DNA from: Monosiga brevicollis MX1
Lineage: Eukaryota
Length of the DNA: 64,000 bases
Direction of reading: 5' to 3'
Assembly: GCF_000002865.3 (NCBI RefSeq)
Contig: NW_001865085.1
Span: forward strand, 6,256-70,255
The notes below the pieces were generated by a model, which did no database searches, was not told where the DNA came from, and worked only from the letters and a program-made list of their open reading frames with translations. The translations under genes were made by a program, and so were the position numbers. Shown here piece by piece: positions 15,331 to 29,845 of the stretch. Positions within the stretch are counted from its first letter, which is position 1. Each line of letters begins with the position of its first letter.

Positions 15331-17394
15331 ATGGCTTCTCGCTTCATTGCCCCCCACTTGGCCGAGGCCAGCTACAACGGCGTAGAGCCGCTGGAGACCA
15401 TCGCAAAGGAGATTGGTCTGCCCGTGGAGCAGCTCATCAAGGTTGGCACCCCCCGGCGCCATGGCAAACAGTGGCACCCCTTGGTTCCAAGCCCGCCAAT
15501 CTCGCCTCACCGTGCCTCACAATTGATGTCCTTTGTACTTTTTTTTTTTTTTTTTCCATGCCTGCAGCTCAACGCCAACGAAAATGTCTACGGTCTGCCC
15601 GAGGCTGTGCAGCAGGCCGTGGCCAACGCTGAGCATCACGTGTATCCCGATCCGGCCCAGGTGCAGCTGCGTGCCGCCGTGGCCAAGCTGTTGGAGGTAC
15701 AGCCAGAGAACATTTGCTGTGGCGCTGGATCAGACGACATCCTGGACATTGTGATCCGCATGAACCAGCCCAAGGCCATGGTTACCAGCATCCCGACCTT
15801 TGGCATGTACAAGTGCGTACACAGACCGGAGATCATTGATCTCCCTCGATTTTGGGCAAGGGGAAATGTTCGGGAGAGGGCCGCGTCTCAACTCTGCACG
15901 TTTCAGGACTTGCCATTTTTTATTGTTTATTCTGTCGCTGTGGGGTCGTTGTCGCTCATTGGGGTTGAGCCGCGTCATCATCTCACCTGCAACTCATGTG
16001 CCTGTGCAATCAAGGTTCTTGGGAAGTGTGGCCAATGTGCCCGTGGTCAACGTCAAGCGAAAAGACGACTTTACGCTTGACATGGACGCCATTATTGCTG
16101 CCATCCGTGATAATGAGGTACGCCGAAACTTCAAGGCACAATCGGGCACGACTATCCCACCCTTATAATGCCCTTCTTGACGCTGCCCTTGCGCGTCCAT
16201 GGTCGAGTAGGCGACTGTAGTGTTCCTGGCTTCGCCCAACAACCCCACGGGCACTCTAGTCCCCTTGGCCGATGTAGAGCGTTTGTGCCAGGTAAGGAGC
16301 GTCTGGTCTCGCCTCGCCGAGGGGATTCACGGGCCATTGTCTTGCCACGACACCCTTGCCACAATGGGTCCCACAACTTTTGGGTTCTCACCACCGCATG
16401 ATGTGTAGGAGGATGCCTTGATTGTTATGGACGAAGCCTACGCGGAGTTTTGCGACTCGACGTCCATGTCGCTTTTCGGCACTTATCCCAACCTCTTGGT
16501 TGCGCGCACGTTCAGCAAATGGTAAGGCAATGCAGATCAACAACGGAAGTGGCGTGAGAAGGGAGGTGAACTTTCTGTGGCCCGGCCGTCATTTTCCCTG
16601 AGCTTAATCTTTTCTCGCCGTTGGCGTATGTAGGGCGGGCTTGGCAGGATTGCGTTTGGGCTACTGCGTGGCGGATGCGGAGCTGATCAAGGTCATGATG
16701 GCCATCAAGCAGCCCTACAACGTCAACACGGCCGCAGACGCCGCAGGTCTAGCCGCACTCGAGCACCGCGATACCATTTTGAAAACGGTGGCCATTCTTC
16801 GGGCGGAGAAGGATCGCCTCTACACCGAGCTCACAAAGGTGCGCGAAATTTTGTGCGAGTTTAAGATTGCAACCTTCTTGACTTCTCACAACGGCATGGC
16901 TCTTGTTGTGTCAACCTTTGCTTAGGTGGACTGGTTGCGGCCGGTGCCGTCAGACGCCAATTTTGTGTTGGTGGAGGTCCAGCGCTTGCCCGCACAAACG
17001 CTCTATCAGGTATGTTGGGCGGCGGGCAGTGAATCTGAGGCGTTGTGACACCATCTGATCGATCCGACAAGACTCACGTGATGTGTGTGTGTGTGTGTGT
17101 GTGTGTGTGTTGGACGGGGTAGGAGTTGCGCAAGCGGGGCATTATCATTCGTTATTTTGGGACCCAGGGCGGTGATCTGTCAAACTATGTGCGAATCTCG
17201 GCTGGCAAGCCGGAACAGATGGATGCTGTCTTGGCAGCCATCAAGGTGCGAAACTGCAGGCGGTGGATGGCATCTCCTCCCTCAGCATGCCTGCGAGACG
17301 GTGTGAGCCCGGTGCTCACATTCAATCTTGTGCTTTCGGCTCGTAGGCGATTGAGAAGGAGTATCACCTCTATGCGCCTATCATCAGCATGTAG
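15331..17394 (+). CDS. hisC: Histidinol-phosphate aminotransferase (PLP-dependent, class II), multi-exon
   Basis: IK|LNANEN, YPDP, GAGSDD, PTFGMY, LASPNNPTG, VMDEAYAEF, RTFSK|WAGLAGLRLGY (PLP lysine), SDANFVL and VRISAG. Stop TAG is at 17392-17394. Confidence 0.93.
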
Positions 17395-17811
17395 GCGGTC
17401 ATGACAACGAGGGCTGGGTGTGCTCATGTTAGCAGCGTAGTAAGGTTTTATCTTTTCCCCCTTTCTCCCTCTCCCCCACCCTTCTCTCTTTTGTGGGTGT
17501 GAAGGTGCCGTGTTGATGCTCGTTATTTTTTGATTATTTGATTTGCTCGCCTCATGAGCTCGAGGGCCGTTTCAATCTGATGATGACGCCACTGGGAAAC
17601 AAGGAAAGGATGCAATCAATTAAAAGAGCATTTTGGGGTCAGCCGCACGGGGGCTTTTATTGACAGCAAGAGAGAGGCAGACCACGTTTTGGGCGCACTC
17701 GTGCGCAGCCTTTGCTCTTCCCAGAGGAGCGAAAGGCGGTCGGTCGGTAGGAGGGGAGCGTCCCAGGGCCCACTTCAAGTGGGCCCAGAGCACCGAGGCG
17801 GGTGACTCGAG

Positions 17812-18423
17812 TTAGTAGTGGTCACCACCGCCCTCACCATAGCTGCGAAGAACGTCGCAGGCTTGCTCACGCAAAAGGTCGCGGGTGACGGAGATGTTGC
17901 GCTTTTCAAGCTCTCCCACCCAATCGGCGGGGAGGGGTCCCTCGTCAAAGGTGGTGAGTTCCATGACGTCGCTGGCGCGCGCCCCAATGACCAAACGATC
18001 AATGCCGGCCCAAATAGTGGCACCGTAGCACTGGCAGCAGGGCTGGGCAGAGGAGACCAGGGTGACGGGGGCGTTCTTCTCGTTGAGGCGGTACGTTTGG
18101 AGATGCTGCTGGGCGAGCATGTACGCCATGTTTTCAGCGTGGGCCAGGGAGGAGACCTGCGGGACAACCCGGTTGACGCCCACGGCGATGATGCGATGGT
18201 CTGGACCAAACACCACGGCACCAAAGGGGCCACCCGTCTTGTGCAGGACGTTGCGACGGGAGAGGTCAATGGCCAAAGCCATTTTGCTCTCGTCATCGGG
18301 GTAGGTGGCACCGGCATCGACCGCCTCGTGTACCCAATCAGGAAGCGTCAGGTTCACCTGGCCATTCAGCTTGACCGGTTGCGCCACCGCGCTTCCACCC
18401 TCGACCGGCACCTCGGAAATCAT
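17812..18423 (-). CDS. Zinc-dependent nucleoside/guanine deaminase (CDA fold), intronless, bacterial-like
   Basis: 203-aa ORF with GGPFGAVV, HAE (Zn-His/catalytic Glu), PCCQC and FDEGP. Confidence 0.92.
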   Translation of the reverse strand: MISEVPVEGGSAVAQPVKLNGQVNLTLPDWVHEAVDAGATYPDDESKMALAIDLSRRNVLHKTGGPFGAVVFGPDHRIIAVGVNRVVPQVSSLAHAENMAYMLAQQHLQTYRLNEKNAPVTLVSSAQPCCQCYGATIWAGIDRLVIGARASDVMELTTFDEGPLPADWVGELEKRNISVTRDLLREQACDVLRSYGEGGGDHY

Positions 18424-18634
18424 GCTTGCACGTCAGTCACAAAACCGTCGTCGCACCCTATGACCATCAACCTCTTTCAAGATGGAGAGCGAGCGAGGAC
18501 GCGAGAGAGAGAGAGAGAGCCCAGCGGAGAAAAAAAAAAGCCACTGAGCGCGCAGAGAGAGAGAGAGAGAGGAGAGTTTGAGAGAGAGAGAGTGAGAGTT
18601 TGAGCGGGATTTTGAGAGGGAGTGAGGTTAGAGG

Positions 18635-18738
18635 AGAGAAAGAGAGAAGAGAAAGAGAGAAGAGAAAGAGAGAAGAGAAAGAGAGAAGAGAAAGAGAGAA
18701 GAGAAAGAGAGAAGAGAAAGAGAGAAGAGAAAGAGAGA
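18635..18738. repeat. Purine-only 13-bp tandem repeat (AGAGAAAGAGAGA-like) within a GA-rich tract
   Basis: Repeated gagaaagagagaa units upstream of the deaminase. Confidence 0.85.
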
Positions 18739-20179
18739 GGGATTGGGAGAGATTGAGATTCGAGAGAGAGAGAGAGAGAGATTCGTGTTGTCATCAGGTG
18801 TGACGTGGAAGAAGGTGTGCGTGGGCCAAACCAATAATTCGTGTGTGCGTGGGTGTGTGTGTGTGTGTGTGAGAGAGAGGGGGCTTGACGACAAAGGCTG
18901 TTTGATCCTGTTTGATCATATGCGCTGTCGTGCTGTAGCCAGGGCAGGGCGGGGGATGGCGGGCGGGGGCGGGCGGGTGGCGCTGCCCTTTGGGTGCGCC
19001 AGGTGCAACAACAACAACAACAAAAACACGAACATCCGGAGTCGCGATTTGGAAACGAAGAAATTCGTCCCATACCGTATACAGCCACGGCTGCAACATC
19101 TCTTTTTTCTTCCACACAAAGTTGCCAAGTATTAACCTAGTGTGCTGCGTAAAGTATGGTTATACCGTATATAAGTGGATGTCTGCTGGTTGTTATGGGC
19201 AGCGGTCAACGTCACACACACCACTGCGTCACACCTCGCGTGAGCTTACTTTGTCTTACATTTTTAGACATCGGAGACAAGAAAATGAACAACACATCTC
19301 TAAAGTTGAAACATCGCTGAATGTATAATACCCACATCTGACGTGCAAGTCTTGCGTGCATGCAGGCTCGTCTTGGGGGGTGATGATCGTCAATCAATCC
19401 GACGGAAGCAAGGCATCCTCCCTCGCCGGCCCAAACCAACCCACTAGCGCGTCCCAGTACTGACAACTGCTGGTAGGTTCGGCGTCCTCCCGCTTGGGTA
19501 AACCTGAGCTGATCCAAGAAGCTGCTGCCACATCTCCCACTCACCACCAGTGCCTACTTGCACGGCCGCCCACCCACCACGACTACAACATGTTGCACTG
19601 TGCGTTCCTTGTACGCACAGTGGTAACACAACACAACCACGGCTTGCGTGCACCCCCACACCAAACGTCAAGCAGCTTCTTGCTTCTTGCCCGTGCACAG
19701 CCAGCCGACTACAACGCTTGCCAGCGAATCGAGACTGTTGTGTTTTTCTGCTCTTTTTCTTTCTTTCTTTATTTTTAACCCAAATGGTTGGCTTGATCAG
19801 CCAAGTCCGTGCCCGCTGCCGCTGGTTCTCATCGACCACAATTCGTTCAGCAGGGCTGTCACGATCTTGACACCATCGCGCTGCCATCCATGACCAGAGA
19901 TACCGCCTGTCAAGTCCACAGGCGTCGCCGCAATCAGAGCAACGCACTCACCTGTTGCGCTCGCCCACCATCCACCTCGCCAGCGATCTTGTCCCCAGCC
20001 TGCCTCTCTACCCGCGCCGTTCCCGTCCTGTCCGGGCAACCTAGGCGACCTAAAACAGCCATCTGGGCCGTGCACGCTCCTGCTTGGTTTGCCATCCTGA
20101 CGGATCTCGACCACGGCCCTTGATATCCCATCCCAGCTCCGGCCAGTCTTATCCTTGCTCGTTTGTCAAGCGCTCAGCC

Positions 20180-22491
<2,312 letters not shown>

Positions 22492-23124
22492 GGGCTGTCC
22501 TCTCTGGCATTCTGGACGTCCATGTCAGCTTGAAATGGTTCTTGGGTTGACAAGTCTCAAATTTTATCGCTTCACACTTGACCTTCACTACCTCCTCGGC
22601 TCGAGCTTTTTCATGCACGGGTCTCAGCTTGAGGATGAAGCCTGAATTGTATATCCAAACGTGATGACACGATGGCATGTCCATCTACGCGGCCTGGCTG
22701 AGTGGCCCAGGCCCCCTAGCTTAACAATCATCTCAAACGCAATCTCGTTTTGCGTGTGCCAAGCAAGAGCCAAGCGCAACGCACAACGTTCCAATACAAT
22801 ACGAGCACGTACAGGAAAGAAAAAAGCAAAAAAAAAACAAAAAACGCCGGAAGGGAAAAGATCAGACCCCAGATGCACAGAGGAGAGCTAAAAAAAAAGA
22901 AGAACCAAAAAAAAAAGTGTGCCACACATACACATACACATACACACACGCACGCGCGCGCGCGCATAGCCCGTACACTTGCGGTCCAAAAGTATATGTG
23001 CAAGGCGCAGCAGAGAAGAACCAAAGGAAACGAAAGAAAAACGAAGAACAAAGTCAAGCCTAAACATGCGTGAAGCTGGAGAGCAGCTGAACACCAACTC
23101 GAAAAAGTCAAGTCTCGGCCCATA

Positions 23125-26100
23125 TTAGACCTTCATGAAAAAGCCAATGTGGTAGCAATAGAAGCAGAGAAGGCAGAGCTGGGCGACGGCAAAGGTATCC
23201 ATAAAAATTTCGCGGCCGTGGTTGTTGTCTCCATCCATCCAGGCCCAGCTCAAGGGGAAATTCGCCCCAAAAGTCTCTGTTTCAAGTCGTCGACGTTTGA
23301 CAGGGCAGGGCAATGAGCCGGGGCCAGGAGTAAGTCCAGCTGGATCACGTGAAACACAACGTCTTTGACATACCGTGGAAGATGTAAATAAAGATGGAGT
23401 TCATGCCAACGTAGCGGAAGGGCGCACCGTCCCAAAATTGCCACACGTCAATGACCCAGTAGAAGACGGTCAACAAGAAAAAAGCAAAGCTGGCCAGCAA
23501 AATGATAAAGCTGAGTGACCACAGGTTCTTGGAAACAGGGATGACGCCGTTGTTTTGCGAGGCGCCGCACAGGCCCGTGGCGATGACGCCCAGAACAAGC
23601 GCCCACATCAACCAGTGGCGGCTGCGTTGCGCGTGTGACTTGTAGTGGACAATAATTTTGCCAGACTACATAATATTTTCACGTCACCAAGTGAGCACAA
23701 CCCTTGCCAGGGTCAATGACGATCATGCGGCAACCCCCATCCGTCCCATGCAAGGGACACAAACCTGAAGACCGAGGAAGCACATCACAATGGAGGTCAG
23801 GCTACCAAGCAGACCTTCCGGGTCGTATGGGCCAGTCTCGTAGATCTAGAGCAAAGGTGATGGAGTCAGCATGGCATGATCGTACTTTACAACTTTCCTT
23901 GAAAACGGGCCGAACCCACTCGACTGAAAACTCACCGGCTGGCTTGTGGGTTGATCGTAGATGTGGCGCCAACCAAAGACTTGACGGTCAATGTAACCCG
24001 ATGCTCCACCTTCGCAGCAAAAGGTCGACTCGCCGCACACCTCGCCCTCGGGTGGCGCAAACTGGCCATACTCAGCCAAGGCACCACCAGGGCCGATGTA
24101 GCCTAAAGCCCAAGATAAGACGAGGTAGCGAGAAACGTGGTGAGCAAAAGGGTACCAGTCACGAAACAACGCAGGACCGAGATGCCGGTGGTTCTGCGCA
24201 CCAGTCGGGCAGCCGGGCACGGGCAAAAGGAAAGTGATGCAAGTGTGGATGATGATGATCACAAACATGGCAACCCATTCCCAAATGTAGGGCGTGAGGT
24301 CGCGGGTGTGAAGCAGAAAAGTGCGGACCCAGGGCTTCATTTCAGCAATGTCAGCAGCCACGTCAAGCTGGTGACCCGAGCCGGGCTTGGCAATGCCGCG
24401 GACGAGAGCCGGGGTTGGCGAGTCGGAGGTGCTGACAGAAGCACACCAGCTCTCCATCTTGGGCGCATACAACATGACGAGCGCCACAACCAAGTAGGAG
24501 ACAGCAAAGCGCTGAAGAACGCCGGGGATACGACCGTTGCGCAAGTCGTGAAAGTTACCAATGATAAAGATGCCAAAGGCAAACAAAATCAACATGCGGC
24601 GGAAAATCTGGGGGCAAAAGCACGGCAGGGACACCAGGTAACATGCATCAGTTGAGGGTGAGGCGCGCATGGCAGGCCAGGGATGCCACGAGCCGAATCG
24701 GACCTTGTACAGAATCGTGGTGGTTGGGGTCTGGCGTTTGAGCAGGGAGTTGAATGCAATGGCCATGCTGGTGCCCATGATCCAAATGAACCAGGGAAAG
24801 ACCAAATCTGCCACTGTCAAGCCGTTCCAGGCACTGTGATTGAAAAACCAATAGAATCCACCTGCATTCGCACACATGTAACTCGGTGAGGCGCCGTGTG
24901 TGCTGAAAAGCAGAAGTAAATGTGAGCTTGCCGGGACCAACACACCGTTGAAGTTGACAAAGATCATGATTGTGAGCGCAAAGCCACGGAAGCTGTCCAG
25001 GGAACGCAAGCGCTGCGAGGAGCGCTTCATGTCTTGGATGGCGTGCATGCCGGCATCCGAGGGCCTGCGGGAAAAGAGGCATGAACCAGCGAAATGCGGT
25101 GAGCGTCAAGCAAGCGCGTCATGTCAGACTCCTATCAGAGCTTGGGCTGTATGAGGCGACCTACATGACGGTGGCGTGCTGCAGAAGAAGACCCGTTGTC
25201 TCGCCCGGTTCGCCCTCCTTCTTTGGGGCATCCTTCCACCAGTCGGCCACACGGGGACTGCAGGCCTTGGAGAGGGAGTAGAGGAGCGCGATGCTGAACA
25301 GCACCAGAAAAGTAAAGCCAATGGGGGCCATCGAAGGACCGTGTTCGGCCTCACCACGCACATCGCGCCGGATCTGGAGGCACAGAATAGGATGAATCGA
25401 GAGGCTAAACATGGCAGGGCACACGCTCGAAGCCAACGCGGGACGTACCACCACGGTGGGGTCGGAGGCAGAGCCTGATACGATAACAGTGTAAAAGCCC
25501 TTTTCTCCGAGCCAGTAGGACTGGTTGCCAAACTCGGGGACAGGGGAATGTCGGCGAATACCGGGTGACACGCTAAACTGCAATCCCGGATGATCAAGGA
25601 ACATAAAGGTGAGTCAAGGGAGTTTTGCTGGGGGGGGGGGGGGGTTCCAAGGCACAGGGAAGAAAGACTTGTTTGCTTGATCTTACCTCTGAATCAAAGT
25701 CGCTTTGCACAAGGACGTAATCGGAAATGCCGCTGGTCGGAGCGGGAGCAATGAGGGTGTTGTTGCAGCGGTAGCAGTTGCTGTTGCGAAAGTACAGATA
25801 CCACGAGGTGCCGGCTGGTGTGCCGGTTGTAAAGTCGAGGAGGCGGATATAGGCCAGGTTCATGTCGCCACCGTTGGGCACGCGCAGGCCATCGGCCGAG
25901 ACGAGGGGAGCGGTGGCAGAGTCATTCACCCAGTTGAACCAGAGGGAGACGCGAGTCCAGGAACTGTTGGGGACGGCGAGGTCAACATCGTCAAAGCGAT
26001 AGGTGGGTTTGAGGGCCCCCCGACTCCAGATGGTCACGTTGTAGGATCCAGTCAAGATGGGCAACCCGGCAAGGTAGTCTGTGCAGGCATCGCCCGGCAC

Positions 26101-26316
26101 ATGACTGAAGTTCAGCGGGCTGGAATCAGGACCGCCATACGTCGAGACGAGGACATCAACGATGGCGTCTGCCTCCGATGGACCGTTGATGAAGCACGCA
26201 CGAAGGGTCACATTGGTGGGAGATGCCTGCAGCTGATCCGCCGAGGCTGTCAATGCCAAGCCCAAGACCAAGAGCGTCGCGGCGAGCGACGCGTGCATCA
26301 CTGATCCCGCCATCAT
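23125..26316 (-). CDS. HGSNAT: Heparan-alpha-glucosaminide N-acetyltransferase, multi-exon
   Basis: Signal peptide plus lumenal N-terminal domain, then RLRSLDSFRG..MIFVN, HSAWNGLTVADLVFPWF, RIPGVLQR, PGCPT|GYIGPGG, IPVSKNLWSLSF and GMNSIFIY. Confidence 0.94.
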
Positions 26317-26763
26317 GCAGCGAGTCAGAGACAGAGAGAGAGGGAGAGAGAGAGAGAGAGAAAAATGCAAAAATTCGGAAAAAAAAAAAAAAATCTCGTG
26401 CCAAGAAAGAAAGAGACACATTTCTCACACTTTTGTATATCACTACAACACTTGATGTGTGTGTGTGTGTGTGTGTGTGTGTGACCACTTGCTATACTTG
26501 CTATGGGGTATGTGCAGTATCTGGTCCGTGGACGATGGCTAGAGGTGCAGTAGCTGTGTGCGGCCACCACTTGCTATGGGGTTATGCGCAGGAGCTGGAC
26601 CGTGCACTATGAATAGACGTGCAGTAGCTGGGTTAGACAGATGGTGGGGTTGATTAATTATCATGTTCGTGTAGGGAATGTTATCATGGCGCTGGGGGTT
26701 TGTCCGGTCTCCTTTGAGAGCAGGGAAGATAAGGTGGCCCGAGGCGAATCAAGAGTTCCAGCT

Positions 26764-29306
26764 TCAGTCCGCGCCATCTCCCAGGCTCACGCTGGCAAGT
26801 TTCGTAGCCGGGGGCGGGGGCTGCCATGTGATGCGGAGATCTGAGGCCAGGCGTTGCAGCTGGCGTTCCAACGTGGCCGAGTCCAAATGATGCTTGTTGC
26901 GTCGATAATGGCTGTTCATCACCTCGACGATGGCCCTGGATTTCACAAATAAATACGCGCACGCCGTGAACAGATGGGGCAAGACAAGCAACGACAGCAA
27001 AAACACGATTGGGATCGTCCCCTGATCTTCGTGCGCATGAATGCAGATTGAACGCTGGCGGGGCAAGCTCTTACCCTTCAGTCGCCGCCCCTTGCCAGGC
27101 CAAGTCCTGACTAACGTCTTGCAGCAGATCCATGCCACGTAATGCCTTGCTTCGAGCGTCCTCCGCCTCGGCGTCCGCATCAAGGTCTTGTCGCTGTCGT
27201 CGCTGCCGCAGGCGCTCAGCGCGTGCCAGCAGCGAAGCCGAGCGGCTCGTGAGGGCGGGTGCATCCTCAACGACGTCTGCTGCAAAGTTTCCACTCATGT
27301 TTGCTTTCGGTGATGCCCATCGCTCGCCAGAGGCCGCAGCTCGACTTGTCTCTGGTTTCCATGCCGTGCCCGGGCGCGTCAAGGTTGCCCCGCCGTCGAG
27401 GGTGCCCTCCCCAACGCGGTGCGCGTGGTAGTCCGCAGCCGACTGGTCCTCATCCTGATCAATAGGGCGTCGAAATGTCGCGGTGCCCTTAAAGTCCGTG
27501 TCCGCATCACTGTGCGATGCCCAGTCGTGGGACGCCGACTCGGAGGCAGCAGCGTCCTGTTCAAAGCTTTTGTCATGGCCATCATCCTCGTCGTCTGGTC
27601 CACTGGCCCAGGCTCGGATCGTTTCCCCAGCAGCATCTTCCTGATCGACTAAATTGACACGTTGCGTCAAGCCCAGATCGTGCTGGCTGGCCGACAAAGA
27701 AGGGCCTGTGGCATCAGCATTTGGCGCCTGGGATGCTTCCAGCAGCGCTTCTGCGCGCTGCACGGCCGAATCCAAGCGCTCTCCGTCAGAATCTGCGCCC
27801 GATGCGTCCGACACGTCTTGCTTGGCTCGTGATATGCTGTGCGGTCGTCGAGGTTGCACTGCAGCCCGCTCATGCCGTAGGTCTGCCTCTTGTGCCTCAC
27901 GCCGCGTTTGAAGGCGGCGTTCCGACGCAGCGTTCTCCCGAGGTGCAGGGGCTCGACGCACGGGCTTTTCCAAGCCATGCCTCCGCCGCCCAATCGGGTT
28001 TTTGGTCATCGCATCTGGAACACGATTGTCGATGGTGGACCGCGCGCCTTTGATTCGCGCCGCCCAAGCCTTCTGGCGCCGAGCCGCTGCCCGGGGATCT
28101 TCCTCGGGCACAAAGACCATACCTCGACCTGCCCGCCCGCTGCCACCGGTCGATGTGGATCCTATCGAGTTGTTGGCCCCAACACGTGATGCGATGGCCA
28201 ACAAAACAACACAAGCAGGGTTGGCCAGCGACGGGCATGAGTGACTGCAACAAGTACCTGTGGGGGCGTGACGCAGCCCAGTGGTCTTGGATGATGCGGC
28301 ACGCGTTTTGCTCGTGCGACCCGTCTTGTTGGCTCGAGGCGGCGCAGCCAGTGGGGGCTCCTCCAACACTGTGCACATTTGTCAAGCCACACATGGATCA
28401 GTTTCTCAGCTCACAATAAGAGTATGCTTCACCAGACACCTGCTTCAGTGGACATTGACAAAGCCCATCAAGCTGTCCTGGGGATGTCAAGCACGCACCA
28501 ATATCAACAAAACTTTGTTGCTGTTTCCGGCGCTCTTGAACGGATCGAATCGGCTTGGGCCTGGCCACGCGAGCCTCGCCTTGGGGGTCGTGAAAGTAAT
28601 CAGCCATGGAATCTGGACGAGCCTGGCCGCGGCGAGCCGAGCTGACCAATGCAGGAGCTGCTTGGGACGAAGAAGGGCCTCCACCAAAAGGCGCCGAAGG
28701 ATCCAAGCCCAACAATTGTGTAGCTCCAGCGCCAGCAGGTGCAGCAGCCCGGCGAGAGGGTTGGTAGGCTGACGAGGCGTGTTGCGGCATGGCAGAAGCG
28801 TGCCGCCCGGGCACTTCAGTGCTTCCCGCGCTGTCAAAAATATGGCTTGCATGTGCTTTTTCACGATTGGCGAGACTGGCTTGCGCTGGTGCGTGCGTGG
28901 CAGGAATGCTGAGCCCGCTGGCATCCCCACGCACACTCCATCCTGGCGGCGGGCCAGCATGGCGGATGGGAGGCGCTGCCGAGACGGGGGCAGGAGCTGG
29001 CGTGTGGGCGGGCCCGGCCTTGGCAACTGTTGATACCGCTGACTTTTGCACTCGCGCAGGGGCAGGGCCAGGGGCAGGGGCAGGAGCAGCAGCTTTAGCT
29101 TGAGCAGCGGGCTGGGCGTGTGCCTTGCTTGCCGCAGGCGGCGGTTGGCTCGACTTTGGCGCCGGGTCCGTTGCCCCACCCTTACCAGTCCACAGGCCCG
29201 TCGTCAAGCTGGGATCAAAAGTCGCTTTTCCAGCTTGAGGATTCGCTACAATCCCCAGCTTGGCCAAGTTCAGCTTAGCCACAGGCCCGGCCTTGCCCTC
29301 GGCCAT
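26764..29306 (-). CDS. SPATA7-like (ciliary) protein, multi-exon, largely low-complexity
   Basis: Long ORFs 28398-29306 and 27071-28378. Motif WAARIKGARSTIDNRVP and the spliced C-terminus MDLLQDVSQDLAWQGAATEG|AIVEVMNSHYRRNKHHLDSATLERQLQRLASDL resemble conserved SPATA7 blocks (recognised from memory). Confidence 0.6.
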
Positions 29307-29845
29307 CCTTGCCGGTCACAATCCGCGCGCAAGGCCTCTACTCCAGCTGATCCGGCTCACTTGAGCTTGCTCGTCAAAAATTTAAATTTTTTTTGAAAAA
29401 AAAAAAAAAAAAAATCAAATTCAAACACACACACTCTCTCTTGTCTCTGTCTCTCTCTAATCAATTCATCTGTCTCTCTGTCTTTCCGTCTCTCTGTCTC
29501 AATACTTTTTCTTCTCTTTCTCGTGTGTTGGAATGTTCGGGGTCTCGTCGTCGTCGGAGAGACACACGAGGGGGACAAGAGAGCAGAGCTGACTGGCTTC
29601 AAGGTGTGGTCGGTGGCTTTTGAGCTCTATTACTACACGATTCAAAAAATTCACTAGGACGTACAGGGTCTTTCAAGAATGACGAGGAAGCCATCGGAAT
29701 CCATCAGCATGTCAAAGCACGCTTAAATTTGCCCAGGCGCATCAAAGAGCCAGCCTGTGGGCAGATTTGCTTTTGCAATGGCGTTCATATCACGAACAAC
29801 GGCAATGACATGATCTATCACGTACAGGTTCCAGCGATTGAAAGG

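Noticed and set aside
19380..19463. Possible C/D box snoRNA (GTGATGA..CTGA, 84 nt); a shorter case lies at 22661-22701
   Set aside because: There is no terminal stem and no recognisable rRNA antisense element, and such short motifs occur by chance.
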